From Squalus acanthias (Eukaryota), in the NCBI GenBank assembly GCA_030390025.1, contig CM059431.1, positions 123,010,001 through 123,074,000 of the forward strand: 64,000 nt of DNA, given 5' to 3'. How positions within the stretch are numbered: the stretch's first letter is position 1; each line of letters opens with the position of its first letter. Below are positions 23,083-34,450 of the stretch, piece by piece. Position numbers and translations under genes: made by a program. The notes beneath the pieces are model-generated. The model worked only from the letters and a program-made list of their open reading frames with translations, made no database searches and had not been told where the DNA came from.

Positions 23083-23578
23083 TGTGGCCCGTTGGAACTG
23101 TCGATCGATGAGTCGAGCGTCATATCCCGTTCTTACGAGGGCGTCTTTCAGCGTCCATAGGTGTCCATCGACGATTCCGACGGGTTGGACGTGCTGATGG
23201 TGGCCTTGTACTAGTGATGCAAGAATCTGATCCTTAGTGTTATACCAAATATTCAGGTATTGCTGGAAATTGTGCTAGAATGAGCTTTAATCATTCTAAA
23301 CAGCCTAAGAAAAATGTCCAGAATGAAAATAGGCTGACACAATCTGAGAGTGTTATAATGATCCTGTTCTTTGCTGTCTGAAATAAAACTGTTCCAGGTT
23401 CCCTATTAATAGTACTATGGGAGCTTTAACTTTGACTTCTCCATCTCTGTGGCAACTTCCATGTAACTTTGCAACTCCCTAGCAACCTTCCTATTCTTTC
23501 CAGCTTTCTTCCTGTCTCTCAAGCCATTACTCCAGTTTTTAGCGATCATGTTGTCATCGTGCACTTTTCTAAAAAATT

Positions 23579-24342
23579 GGGCCAAAAATTCGGCGCTTGT
23601 CGGGTGAGTACGCGCTGTGTACTCACCCGTAAGGCCTCCTGACGTGCCGGTTTCCTGCATGCACTGCGCATGCGCGGGAAACCGGAACTTCTGGTCTCGT
23701 GAAGGGAGCGGTTCAGAGGTGAACCGCGTGCGCGGTAGAGGCTGCGCGCATGCAGCGAACTTAGTTTTTTTTTCAGGTTTCTCCGGGAGGGTAAGTATTG
23801 AAAAAGCTGCGCTTTTAAAAAGGAGGCGCAGGACCCGTTTTCAACAAGGTAAGTGGTTAATTAATTACAATTTAAAAAATTTTTCAACAGGTTTATCTTT
23901 TTTAGATACTTTAAAGAAAGGTAAGTTTATTTTTAGCACTGTTAAAAAGTATTTAAATTTTTTCAAAAATTTTAATTTTTGTTTAAAGTAGTTAATTTAT
24001 TTAACTTATAGCTATTTTAAAAATGTGATGTGTTTTTTTTTAAATTTATTTGAAGTTTAGGTGTTGTTTTGGGGCCGATTTCAATTCATAGATTTGACAG
24101 GTCCTGTCAAATCTATGAATGAAAGATGGTCTGCTGCCATTGGCTCTCCATGGCCCACGTGATCCCAGGGGACGCATCGCACTAACTACGCCCCTGGGAT
24201 ACACAAGCACTGCGCGCCAGCAGTTGGGGCAGGCCCAGGAGCTGAAGTCCCCGTGGGCCCAGAGGTCAACGGCAGGCGCGGTAGGTAGGTGCGCGCGGGA
24301 TCCTTGCACCCGCGGGAAGCCAGGGAGCCGAATTTCTGGGCC
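23579..24342 (+). mobile_element. Family A non-autonomous Harbinger-type element, full length (764 bp)
   Basis: TIRs GGGCCAAAAATTCGGC / GCCGAATTTCTGGGCC; flanks ATT/AAT; near-identical to 40070-40832. Confidence 0.92.
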
Positions 24343-26462
24343 AATAATTGCCAAAACGAAGCATGCTAGTTTCAGTTCTGCCATTGCGATAAACTGTTAG
24401 AAGCAGAGCTTGGTAACAAATTTATTGAACATTCTGTCATAATGGTGGAACTGCCAGTCAAATTACTGAATTGATCTGCCCAACATGACCTTACTACACC
24501 AGAAGCAGCTATTCTACTCGAACCTGAGACCGCAATGCCACCATATGATACAATTACTACATTTTCAGGATAACAACAGCCACTTGGAAGGACATTTCTT
24601 ATGATCCAAGAAAATATCAAGCAAGTTTTCCACATTTGCTTGCAGGAGATGGACCTTTTTACTCTTCCACTCCTGTTGATTCATAGATTACGTGCTTGGA
24701 AATTCTGAACATTGCAAATTCTCAGGATACAGAGATGCGATTGAAAGCTTTCTCTTAACTATTGTGACCTACTTACAAAGTATTTACAGCACGGAAACAG
24801 GCCATTCGGCCCAATAGGTCCATGGCAGAGCAATTGAGTGACAAGCAAAACTGACAGGTCAGTACTGTCATTTAACAGTGTAATTCCCATGAGTGTGCCA
24901 ACTGGTCGTGTTAGAGATAACAGTTACAAGTAATTGTTGACATTCTAACATTGCAATTCACTTTACAAATGTTTATGTAGCAAGTTGCAATAGAGTGCAT
25001 GCCCTACGTAAGATTTTTAATGATATATAGCAAAACAAATTACAAAAGCCCAGTAGAAAAACAGTACGGGAATGGATAGCATTATGTGCAAAGTGGTGTC
25101 CTTTTACCTCTGATACCCGTGTTCAAATCTAGCCCAGACTAATAGCAAGAAAGGCTCCTTTCAATTTTACTTATACATTTTGTTAGAAATATCTGACCAA
25201 CCACACTGTCGGGAATCTATTTCAATTATTTTATGCAAATTAGAAGCACAAAAATGAACCAAGTATAAATGTGAAAAACACTGTGAAAACTAACTAACAA
25301 ACACCAGAGAGCTTCATTTTATTCATCAAACATTTGATTGGTATGCTGCCACAGTGTAACCTGTCTTCAGAAATAAAGCTAACAGATGAACCTGGCATAT
25401 TTTTAGTGCTGAACAATGTTCAAACCTCCCAGCGCCTGCAAACATTCTGCCCACTAACTGTTCAAATCCCATGGATACCCACAAGCTATCAGCATTACTA
25501 ACAGAACAGTGAGAATGTTTTTCCTAATAGTTTAAAGCACAGGTAAAACAATGAATTGGAATATATATATATATATCAGTATATTTACTGTTTTCATTGT
25601 TATTTAAAATAGTAACATACATTACATTATTCAGATTTTTCTTGCTTTTCTTTCTATGTTTTTTTTAAATATGTTTCTCTTATTTTCAGTGAAGAAAAGA
25701 GTGGAGTGAGATTGACAAAATCGGTGGCGCCGTGCTTATTCGATTTTTTGTTATCTTTAATTTGTTATGAGATTGTTTTTTCTATTTCTCCCCTTCCCGC
25801 CTTCCCTGAAATCATCAGCTCCTTGTTGGACTACAGTTCATTGGTGTTCGTCACCCTCCAATACCTTGCCCAGGTTACAGATTATTAATTTATATGTCAT
25901 GACAGTGAGTGTCAGCTGGTTATTATTGGGAGTGTCACCAATGCCTTCACCCAAAGGGTTGGCAATTCTGGTTGGATGAATTCCTGAAGGTTTCATTCCA
26001 TGATGTCCCACCTCCCACTGCCATGCTGCTACCCTCCCGCCATTGGCTGCTCAACACGCCCATCCCCATGGCACACCATTTTCCCAGGGCCAATTGGAAA
26101 GTGAACAGGCCCTTCATGACTCAATTGGATTATTCTTGACTGTCAAGCAACCTTCTTCCCCAACTCTTATATTTTTATAACTGATAAACAAAAGCATTCA
26201 AAGAAAATGGAAAAGAAAAACATTTGGGTTGCTCACAGCAGTGTCCTGGAGATTATTCTTCCATTTCTGGAGACTCCGGGAAAATCCTGGAGGGTTGACA
26301 ACCCGACTACAGCCACTCCTGGTCACTGTCCAGGCAGGACTCGCTGCATGGCAATCAGGAGCAAGAATAACGGCCCAAGTTTTCCTCTCCCAACTCGAGA
26401 CCACGTAGGCCAATTGCAGCTTCTTTATCAGCACAGCGATCAGCTGCAGAGTGGAGATTCAC

Positions 26463-26908
26463 AAAAAGAAAGACTTACATTTATATAGCGCCTTTCATGA
26501 CCATCAGACATCCCAAAGCACTTTACAGCCAATGAAGTACATTGTGAAGTGTAGTCACTGTTGTAATGTAGGAAACATGGCAGCTAATATGCACACAGCA
26601 AGCTCCCACAAACAGCAATGTGATAATGACCAGATAATCTGTTTTTTTTGTTATGTTGATTGAGGGATAAATATTGGCCAGGACACCGGGGATAACTCCC
26701 CTGCTCTTCTTCGCAATAGTGCCATGGTTACTTTTACGTCCACCTGAGAGAGCAGACGGTGCCTCGGTTTAACGTCTCATCTGAAAGACGGCACCTCAGA
26801 CAGTGCAGCACTCCCTCAGTGCTGCACTGGAGTGTCAGCCTAGATTTATGTGCTCAAGTCAGTGGAGTGGGACTTGAACCCACAACCTCTGACTCAGAGG
26901 CGAGTGTG
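26463..26908 (-). mobile_element. Deu-domain tRNA-derived SINE, near full length
   Basis: B-box GGTTCAAGTCCC on minus strand (~26870-26882), Deu domain, TCTTTCTTT tail. Confidence 0.9.
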
Positions 26909-28600
26909 CCGGAACTTGCCTGCTTTGTATGGCTCAGCTACTCATGGTATAAAGTCACATAGCCACCAGGAGAGCTACTGTCATTAGAAATTAATTTGTC
27001 AGCAATTAATCTTCAAATGTTACAATATGCAACTTCAATTTGCATGATCTTTGAATTTACAATTCATTAATTTCCTGTTTTCACCAAAAATATGTCTACG
27101 TACTTTATGTTGCATGTGTTATAATAAATCTTATTCGATGACATTTTATCACACTCCAGTATGATCTGAAATTTGTCACATAGTTTGATAATGTTGTGAC
27201 CAGAAGTACTTCTTTGCCCTTGAATGTTGCCATAAATCTGTCAAATTCAAATGTTCTATAGCTGTAGTAGCACACTTATGACCAATTGCACCAAGTTGAA
27301 TTGACAGGAGCAGCAATTCTTTACGTATAATGACTAATAGCAAAATTGGCTGCATATTCTAATTTTGTGTGTGGAGTTATGGAGCAAAATCTTCATTCTA
27401 TCCCCATGACTCAATCAGAAAATAAGCAGCACTTCAGAACACTGTTCTCATGGCGTCATTCGCGTGAAGGGGATTTTCAAGTTGTCAGCCAGTCACATTT
27501 GAACAGGGCCACATGGCATCTCACAGGACATGTTCAGAAATATTTAGGGCTGAATTTTTTTCTCATATATATTCTCCATTTTCAGATAGATTCAAGGTGG
27601 GCAAAGAGGGAAATGGGATCGGGGAGCCCAGGACTGAATCCCCACCTATTAAAATTCATGTTGCAATTTTCCTCAGCCCATGAAGTGCGCAGCCTGGAGC
27701 GCTCACCGAAACTCAGCCCTCTGCATATAAGTGAGATTTAAATTGCTCATCCAAGGCACCTTTTAATTGCCCTTCTTTAACACCCAATAGTTCGCCTTCC
27801 CAAATGAATGTCTGTATAAAAGAGACGTTCAGCATTGCTAGGTGATGGCTGAAAAGCAGAAGTGGAGTTAAAGGCAACTTTTAAAAGTTGCCATGTGACT
27901 GGCTGCTGATGACTTGCTTTGTACTTTTGTTGCTATTTCTGTCATCTCCCTTTTGCTGAAAGCTTGAGCATTTAATTCGTGACTTTTGCAAGAATGGTAT
28001 TTTTCTTAGGTATTCCCACATTTTCTTCTGCTGTGAAGAGAAAGATGAGAAGGATCAGGATGCACAACGTAGGGAAGCCAGGCTGATCAGGTATCATAGG
28101 TGGCATCTGCCCCCCCTCAGCCACAGGTCTCCACACTTCCATGTCCACAGACTTAGGTGGTCATACGTGAATCTCATGGCTGAGCAATGCTTGAGAAGGC
28201 TGTGTTTCCTTCACAAGGCAGTAACTGAGGTGTGCCACCTGTTTGTATTCATCTCTTTTCTTATGAACCTTGCGCACCAATTTGAGACAAATTTGTACAG
28301 CCTGACCACATTTCCCCAAGTGCAAAGTTCGATCGATGGCACCTACATCACCACATGTGACCTTTTTGAGAACATAATCAACTGAAAAAGGTATCACTCC
28401 ATCAACATGCAGCTGATGTGCAAGGTGACACGCTTTGTTATGCATGTGAATAATTGCTAATAGCGAGCTGCCATGATTTATTTGTTTTAAGACAGGCCAC
28501 AATCCCAAAGGCAGGTGTCTGGTTGGCTGATCCATAAACAAAACTACCATCTGCAGCTATGTTGATACAATATTGGGTCCTGAAGAAACACTAACACAAT

Positions 28601-30187
28601 GGGCTGGATTTTACCAGCCCTGAGGAGGCAGGTTTGGAGGCGGGACTGCTGGGAAATTCAAAAAGAATGGGAGCGGGTCCCAAACTCGCTCCTAACCCGC
28701 CTCCAACCAATCTTCCCGGGAGTCGGTCCCCAATTTGCGCAGGGACCCGACTCCTAGCGGCGGGTAGAGGATTATAGCCACTTAACTGCCTGTTAACAGG
28801 CAGTTAAGAGGCATTTTCCCATTTTTAGACTTCTGCTGCGGGCTTCCTGACGTTGGGGAACCCGCCAGGGTAAGTGCTGTGGGTCTGTTGTTATGTTGGT
28901 GTACAGATGACAGCTGCAGAAGTGGTGTGAAGGATGCAATGGGACACTGGTGAGTATCAGAGGTAAGGAAATGTTGGGAAAGTCATTTTTATTGGCCCAA
29001 AAATTAGTCTTAGTACGCGAGAGTACGCACTGTGTACTCTCGCGTATTCTGTCTCCAATTGCCGGTTTTCTGCATGCACTGCGCATGCGCTGAAAACCGG
29101 CACTTGGTGAACTCAAAAGGGGGCGGTTCCTATGTGAACCACGTGCGCGCTACAGGCTGCGCGCACGCAGTGCACTTAGTGCTTTGAACGCGCAGGTAAG
29201 CATGGAAGATTTTGCACATAAAGAAAGGAGGCGTGACCCTCTTTTAACAAGGTAAGTAGTTAATTAAGTATTATTTTAAATTTTTTTCAACAGGTTTATC
29301 TTTTTTAGAGACTTTAAAGAAAGGTAAGTTTATTTTTATAACTTTTAAAAAGATTTTAAATTTTTTCAAAAATTTAATTTTTTGTTTAAAGTGGTTAATT
29401 TATTTAACTATACTTATTTTATTAATGTGAGGGTTTTTTTTAAAATTTAATTGAGGTTTAGCTGTTCTTTTGGGGGGTATAGATTCATAGCTTTGACAGC
29501 CCTTGCTGTCAAAACTATGAATGAAAGATGGTGTGCTGCCATTGGCTCTAACTGAATCACGTGATCCCATAGCTCGCACGAATTAACTGCGTCTCTGGGA
29601 TACGCACACACTGCACAGCTGCAGCCTTGAAACTAAAGTTCGTGTGAGCTCGGAAGGAAAAGGTAGGCGCGCAGTGAGATATCACGGGGAAGCCTTACCC
29701 CCGCAGGAAGGCTCCGTCTTTAATTTTGGGCCAATGTGTTTAGATTTTTCTGTAGGTGACAAGCTTTGAAGTGTTTGTGTGGCCTCACCTCATTGGGAGT
29801 AGTGACAGATCACTTTTGTACACTCACCTGCAGCTGCCATCTGTTTCATCCTAAGGAGAGAGTCATTGGAGAGTCTGGGTGCAAGGGCTCACCTTTGTAC
29901 AGTGATTGCCAGTGTTTGACAGCACCTCAATGCTGTCAAACACTGTCAAATCATTGTCAAAAATTTATGGTCATGTGCCTTTAAGAAAAACGGCAGATGA
30001 AGCGTCATCAACTGACGTCATTTGACACAGGCTTTCCTTTAATTGGCCAGCAAGCCCGCAGGGTGCATTTAACAAGGTCAATCAAGGGAAAATAGCGTCT
30101 GTGCATCGGACGTCGCTAGGAGTAGGACTAGAGCCTGGAAGGCAGCAGTCCCGCCCCCAACTTGTCTCGGTAAGTAAAATCAAGCCC
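28601..30187. mobile_element. Non-autonomous Harbinger family B short form, containing a nested family A element
   Basis: TIRs GGGCTGGATTTTAC / GTAAAATCAAGCCC, TSD AAT/AAT; homologous to 3571-4431 once the insert is removed. Confidence 0.85.
28994..29732 (+). mobile_element. Family A element, subfamily A2
   Basis: TIRs GGCCCAAAAATTA / TAATTTTGGGCC; flanks ATT/AAT; closest to 52802-53542. Confidence 0.9.
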
Positions 30188-30231
30188 AATGAGTCTCATT
30201 GAGCATACCATAGGGATTTTTGAAGTCACAA

Positions 30232-30650
30232 TTTTTTTTTAATCGTTCATGGGATGTGGGCGCCACTGGCAAGGCCAGCATTTATTGCCCATCCCTAATT
30301 GCCCTTGAGAAGGTGGTGGTGAGCTGCCTTCTTGAACCACTGCAGTTTGTTACAGCTGAATGGCTTGTTAGGTCATTTCAGAGGGCAGTTAAGAGTCAAC
30401 CACATTGCTGTGGGTCTGGAGTCACATATAGGCCAGACCGGGTAAAGACGGCAGATTTCCTTCCCTAAAGGGCATTAGAGAATCCGATAGTTTCATGGTC
30501 ACCTTTACTGATATTAGCTTTTTATTCCAGACTTATTTAATTAACTGAATTTCAATTCCCCAGCTGCCGTGGTGGGAATTTGAACTCACGTCTCCGGATC
30601 ATTAGTCCAGGCCTGTGGATAACTAGTAACATTACCGCTACTGTACCCGC
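30232..30650 (-). mobile_element. LF-SINE-like tRNA-derived SINE
   Basis: Minus strand GAGTTCAAATTCCCACCACGGCAGC head, TTTAGGGAAGGAAATCTGCCGTC body, LINE-derived tail shared with 10995 and 61620-61685. Confidence 0.8.
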
Positions 30651-30930
30651 AAGGTGCTTGGATAAATCTGGGGCGTCACAGTATAGTCCAGATTGGGTTT
30701 TTCACATTGTTGTTTTACACCCCGTTTTACACCCTATCTGAGTTTACTCTACATTGAAGTCAATGCTGGGCAATATTGGGCTTAGTTACAATGGGCGGCC
30801 AACATGATCTCATCATAAAGGACACCATGAGCTAAGTCATTCTACTGCTACAACAGTCTTCAAGTTACTGTCATCCTTTTGACCATACATCACATCATTC
30901 ATATACTGATATTCCTCTCTACTGCACAAC

Positions 30931-32618
30931 TGTAAGGGGTTGTGTCGTGCTTGTATCGCAGACGGTGCTGGTGCGGGGTTAGGCCTTCGTTGCCTAATAC
31001 TATTGCTTGCTCTGGTCTCCGGCCAGCCTTGTTGCAATAAGCACCTGTGAGTGGTTCGACCCACTCGCCCTTACAGTTCTAACACTGGACTTAGGTGCGA
31101 GAGCAGTAATGCAGAGAAAAACTCAATAGACCCGGTTGAATAGTACGAAATGGAAATCTTTATTGCATAGCGTCCAAAATCATGAAGTACATGTCATAGG
31201 CGCAAATTAACGAGAGTACAAGTATACATACATTCATAAAGCTTGGTCTATGGTAATGAAGAACGCACGGCACATCGTATAAAGCGGAACACATTATACT
31301 TTATCCTTAATAAAACCACCCTCCCTTATCAATACCTACACTACGTCTAGATTTGTAGGATCGGGAAACATGCTCACCACACGTGATACTTAGGAGAATT
31401 TTAAAGTGAGGCACTCGGCTCGTTCGCTGCAGCGCCTGACTGTCACGTGTTTGGAGGGGTCTCTGTACCCCACTTGTTTATCTTCGCTGCTGCTGCAAGC
31501 AGGCCGGGCTCCCCGTTGTCATGAAGAACTCGACAGAACTCGGGCCCGGTTGTAGAACTCAAAGAAAAGTCTTCCTGTACCGACACCAGTTGTCGGTAGA
31601 ATTCGAAGAAGAGTCTTTGGCCAGTTCGTGCAGTAACCTGTAGAGTTCAAGAAATGGGTCGTATATTTTCGGACGCGGTCGGGGTTTGCTGACCGCGGCG
31701 GCACATGGATTCTTCTCCTCTTCTTCTTGTCTCGTCTCGTCTCTTCGGGCCTTCGGCTCCAGACACCGTTTACCGACCCTCGGGATGGTGCACCCGGTCA
31801 CCGGCCTTCGTCGAGGCGGCTCGTTCCGTTTGAGCTCCACCCAACATTCGAATAACCGTCCAGTGCGGCTAAAAGTCCAGAGTCAACAGCGTCCAGAGAA
31901 ACACAGAAGGCTGCTCGTCCAGCAGAGTTCAGCCCCAGTCAAGAGTCCGCAGAGATAAGAGAAAATAAGAGAGCGATGGACATTTTGTCTATAGTTATAG
32001 TGCTGTGTTCCCTTATCTCCCGCCTAAATCTTAATGTTTGTCCTTTGTGAAATATTGGCGCTCAAAACTCCCAGCATGGGGTGATTCTTGTCTTTAACGG
32101 GTTTCGGTAGCACCTGAGACTGGCCAACTACCCGTTAATGTTTTCCCCATTGTTGGCCCAGCCAGGATCGTATGAATCGTCTCCCTGGCTGGTTTTGGGG
32201 GCCCCCGAATACTTGTTTAATCACCCGAGAATGGCTCTCTCATTGTAGAGCCGTGGGGGTATTTGTGTCTTGATGTGTCTGGATGGGCCTTCGATTGCCC
32301 AGTACAATGGTCGTTACTTGTGCATGGAAAACGATTCCAGCACTCATATCTTTTGCTATTGTCACAAATGCAAACAGGTTGCATCCTGTCTTTATCAGTG
32401 CTTATCGAGTATGACCCCGTCTTATATTGAAAATGTTTATTCGAACGCCATCTTGTCTGCCCACTGTACTTCTGGAAACTTCTGCCACGATGCGCGGCGG
32501 CCATTTTACAGGCTTCTGTGTCCTGTTTAATCATGACAGCATTTTGTTTAAATAAACTGATCAAACGAATCTGCTTCTATCTCGTTATTTCGAATCGCGA
32601 TAATTGCGAAACTTTACA
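30931..32618 (-). mobile_element. Solo LTR (1688 bp), CpG-rich
   Basis: TGTAAG...CTTTACA termini, perfect 4-bp TSD CAAC (30927-30930, 32619-32622); minus-strand TATAA (~31996-32000) and AATAAA (31159-31164). Confidence 0.88.
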
Positions 32619-33379
32619 CAACTACCACTGTGACCAGTCAGATACATTCTGCTTCCTTGCTCCCACTAATCTCCCCACCTTACCTCAAAACAATATGCAC
32701 TTATAACTTCAGTGCTGACAATCCATTAATCCACAGAAAAAAATGATGGGGATGATAATCACTTTGGGCAGACTTTGAGCAGGTGGAAGGCGGAGAAATA
32801 GCGCTGCCTGCCCGACGTTCTTGCCGAGAGGCCTGAGTTATTTTGAGGGCGAGGCCTCATTTCGACATGAACGGCGAGCTGCGAGCACAGAACCAGCATT
32901 CACAGGCAGCTTGTTATTCTCGGGGTGGGCCAGGAAATCCGACGGCTCTGACAGAGCTGAGCCACAAGTTTGGACTTAAAGGGGATTGGAAACAATCACG
33001 GCGGTGGGTTGTTGGACAGTCGGCAGCAGGCCGGGAGATTTTTCTGGGACTAGGAGGAGTCTTGCTGCTCCCTCTGGCTCCATAAAAGTCTCTGAAGAAA
33101 CTTTTACTTTCCTTTTCTGAGTGGCTTATAGCGGTCCCTTTTAGGATCACTGGTTAGGCCACTCAGCGCCTAGTACCTAAGGATGGAACATGCGCAGTGC
33201 ACACTCCGCCTCCTGGTACCTCAACATTGCAACCTGCAACCGGCAGAGGACCCCGACTTGCATATCAAAAGTAGGTTCTTACAGTAATACTGTAGTACTT
33301 GTAAAAATCTGCATTAAAATTAGCCCCATAATATATAAATCTTGAATTGCCGTTTACTACTTTTGTATAACCCTCTATT

Positions 33380-33847
33380 ATAGAAACATAGAAACATAGA
33401 AAAATAGGAGTAGGAGTAGGCCATTCGGCCCTTCGAGCCTGCTCCGCCATTCAATATGATCATGGCTGATCCTCTATCTCAATACCATATTCCCGCTCTC
33501 TCCATACCCCTTGATGCCTTTTGTGTCTAGATGATGCCTTTTGTGTCCAGATATATTTAAAAAGTGAGTGATCTCACAATGCCAAATGTAATGTTCTAAG
33601 ACTAATTGATTTCAATGAGGTAGCACCTAACGTTATACGACAGCCTTTTACTCAACCCACAGAAATCCCATTCCCAATAAAGTCAGAGATCAATAGATTT
33701 TTGGATATTAAAGGAATCAAGGGATATGGGGATAGTGCAGGAAAGTGGAGTTGAGGTAGAAGATCAGCCATGATCTTATTGAATGGCGGAGCAGGCTTGA
33801 GGGGCCAAATAGCCTACTCCTGCTCCTATTTCTTATGTTCTTATGTT
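33380..33847. mobile_element. Two short CR1 3'-end fragments in opposite orientation (~33380-33550 minus, ~33680-33847 plus)
   Basis: Tail plus GGAGTAGGCCATTCGGCCCTTCGAGCCTGCTCCGCCATTCAAT 3'UTR motif and its reverse complement. Confidence 0.8.
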
Positions 33848-34266
33848 ACGGAAAAATTGCAGTCCCAGGACGCAGTATATGTGCAAATGAGCAGAACTAG
33901 ACTTTGAAATATTGATGCAGTGGGAAAGCACTCTCCATTGCAAATTAGTGAAATGGATCTTCCTAATGCTCGTAAAGCTCTGGTGGCCAGCCAAGTTATA
34001 TGCCCCCATTGGTAAGAAGTGTCAAAAAGGCAGATAACAGCACGGATGAAAGAATGAAGGCCGGCAGGAAGTAGCAAATGGTTTACTGACTCTGACCAAC
34101 AATGAACAAAAAAGGAGGAATAGAAAGCTGCACGCACAATCAGAAAGGCACCCCCTCTATCATTCATAAGATATGCTGAACAACAAACACTGAGCAAAAA
34201 TCACGCACCCCCTTACTGAGCAAAGAGCAGCGATTACCCACCCTCCCTTTCCACTGAACCGACATA

Positions 34267-34450
34267 GGGGGTAATTTTAACATCGGTTGATAGTGTGAAA
34301 CGGGCGATATCAGATCAGCCGCTCGTTATGCATCTCTCCCGAGTTCTGTTTCCATTGACTTCAATTCAAATGAGAATCATGAGAGATGTATAACGGGCGG
34401 CTGAATCGATATTGCCCGTTTTACACTGACACCAAAACAACATTTCCCCC
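34267..34450. mobile_element. Small palindromic MITE (~184 bp)
   Basis: GGGGGTAATTTT...CATTTCCCCC ends; arms AGTGTGAAACGGGCGATATC..CATCTCTC / GAGAGATG..GATATTGCCCGTTTTACACT. Confidence 0.7.

Larger units (their letters stand above)
22011..23170 (-). mobile_element. Penelope-like element, 5'-truncated
   Basis: GIY-YIG endonuclease ORF, hammerhead motif and the same 3' terminal sequence as 5102-5180. Confidence 0.92.
27546..30715 (+). pseudogene. Old Harbinger element with transposase relic, interrupted by family B element and LF-SINE-like SINE
   Basis: EQCLRRLCF, FPQVQSSIDGTYI, KGYHSINMQL (28170-28420); IEHTIGILKSQF (~30198-30235); RCLDKSG..QYSPD (~30652-30712). Confidence 0.7.

Noticed and set aside
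23579..24342. Family A as Helitron/Helentron derivative (hairpins, A/T flanks)
   Set aside because: True terminal inverted repeats and 3-bp duplications (perfect in 43582 and 52802) fit PIF/Harbinger better; no TC...CTRR termini.
31525..31655. Repeated AGAACTC/AGAATTC/AGAGTTC motifs as heat-shock elements
   Set aside because: Spacing does not fit nGAAnnTTCnnGAAn arrays; only loose direct repeats.
31519..32564. ORFs within the 1688-bp LTR as viral accessory genes
   Set aside because: Short, no recognisable motifs, no counterpart in the two related LTRs.
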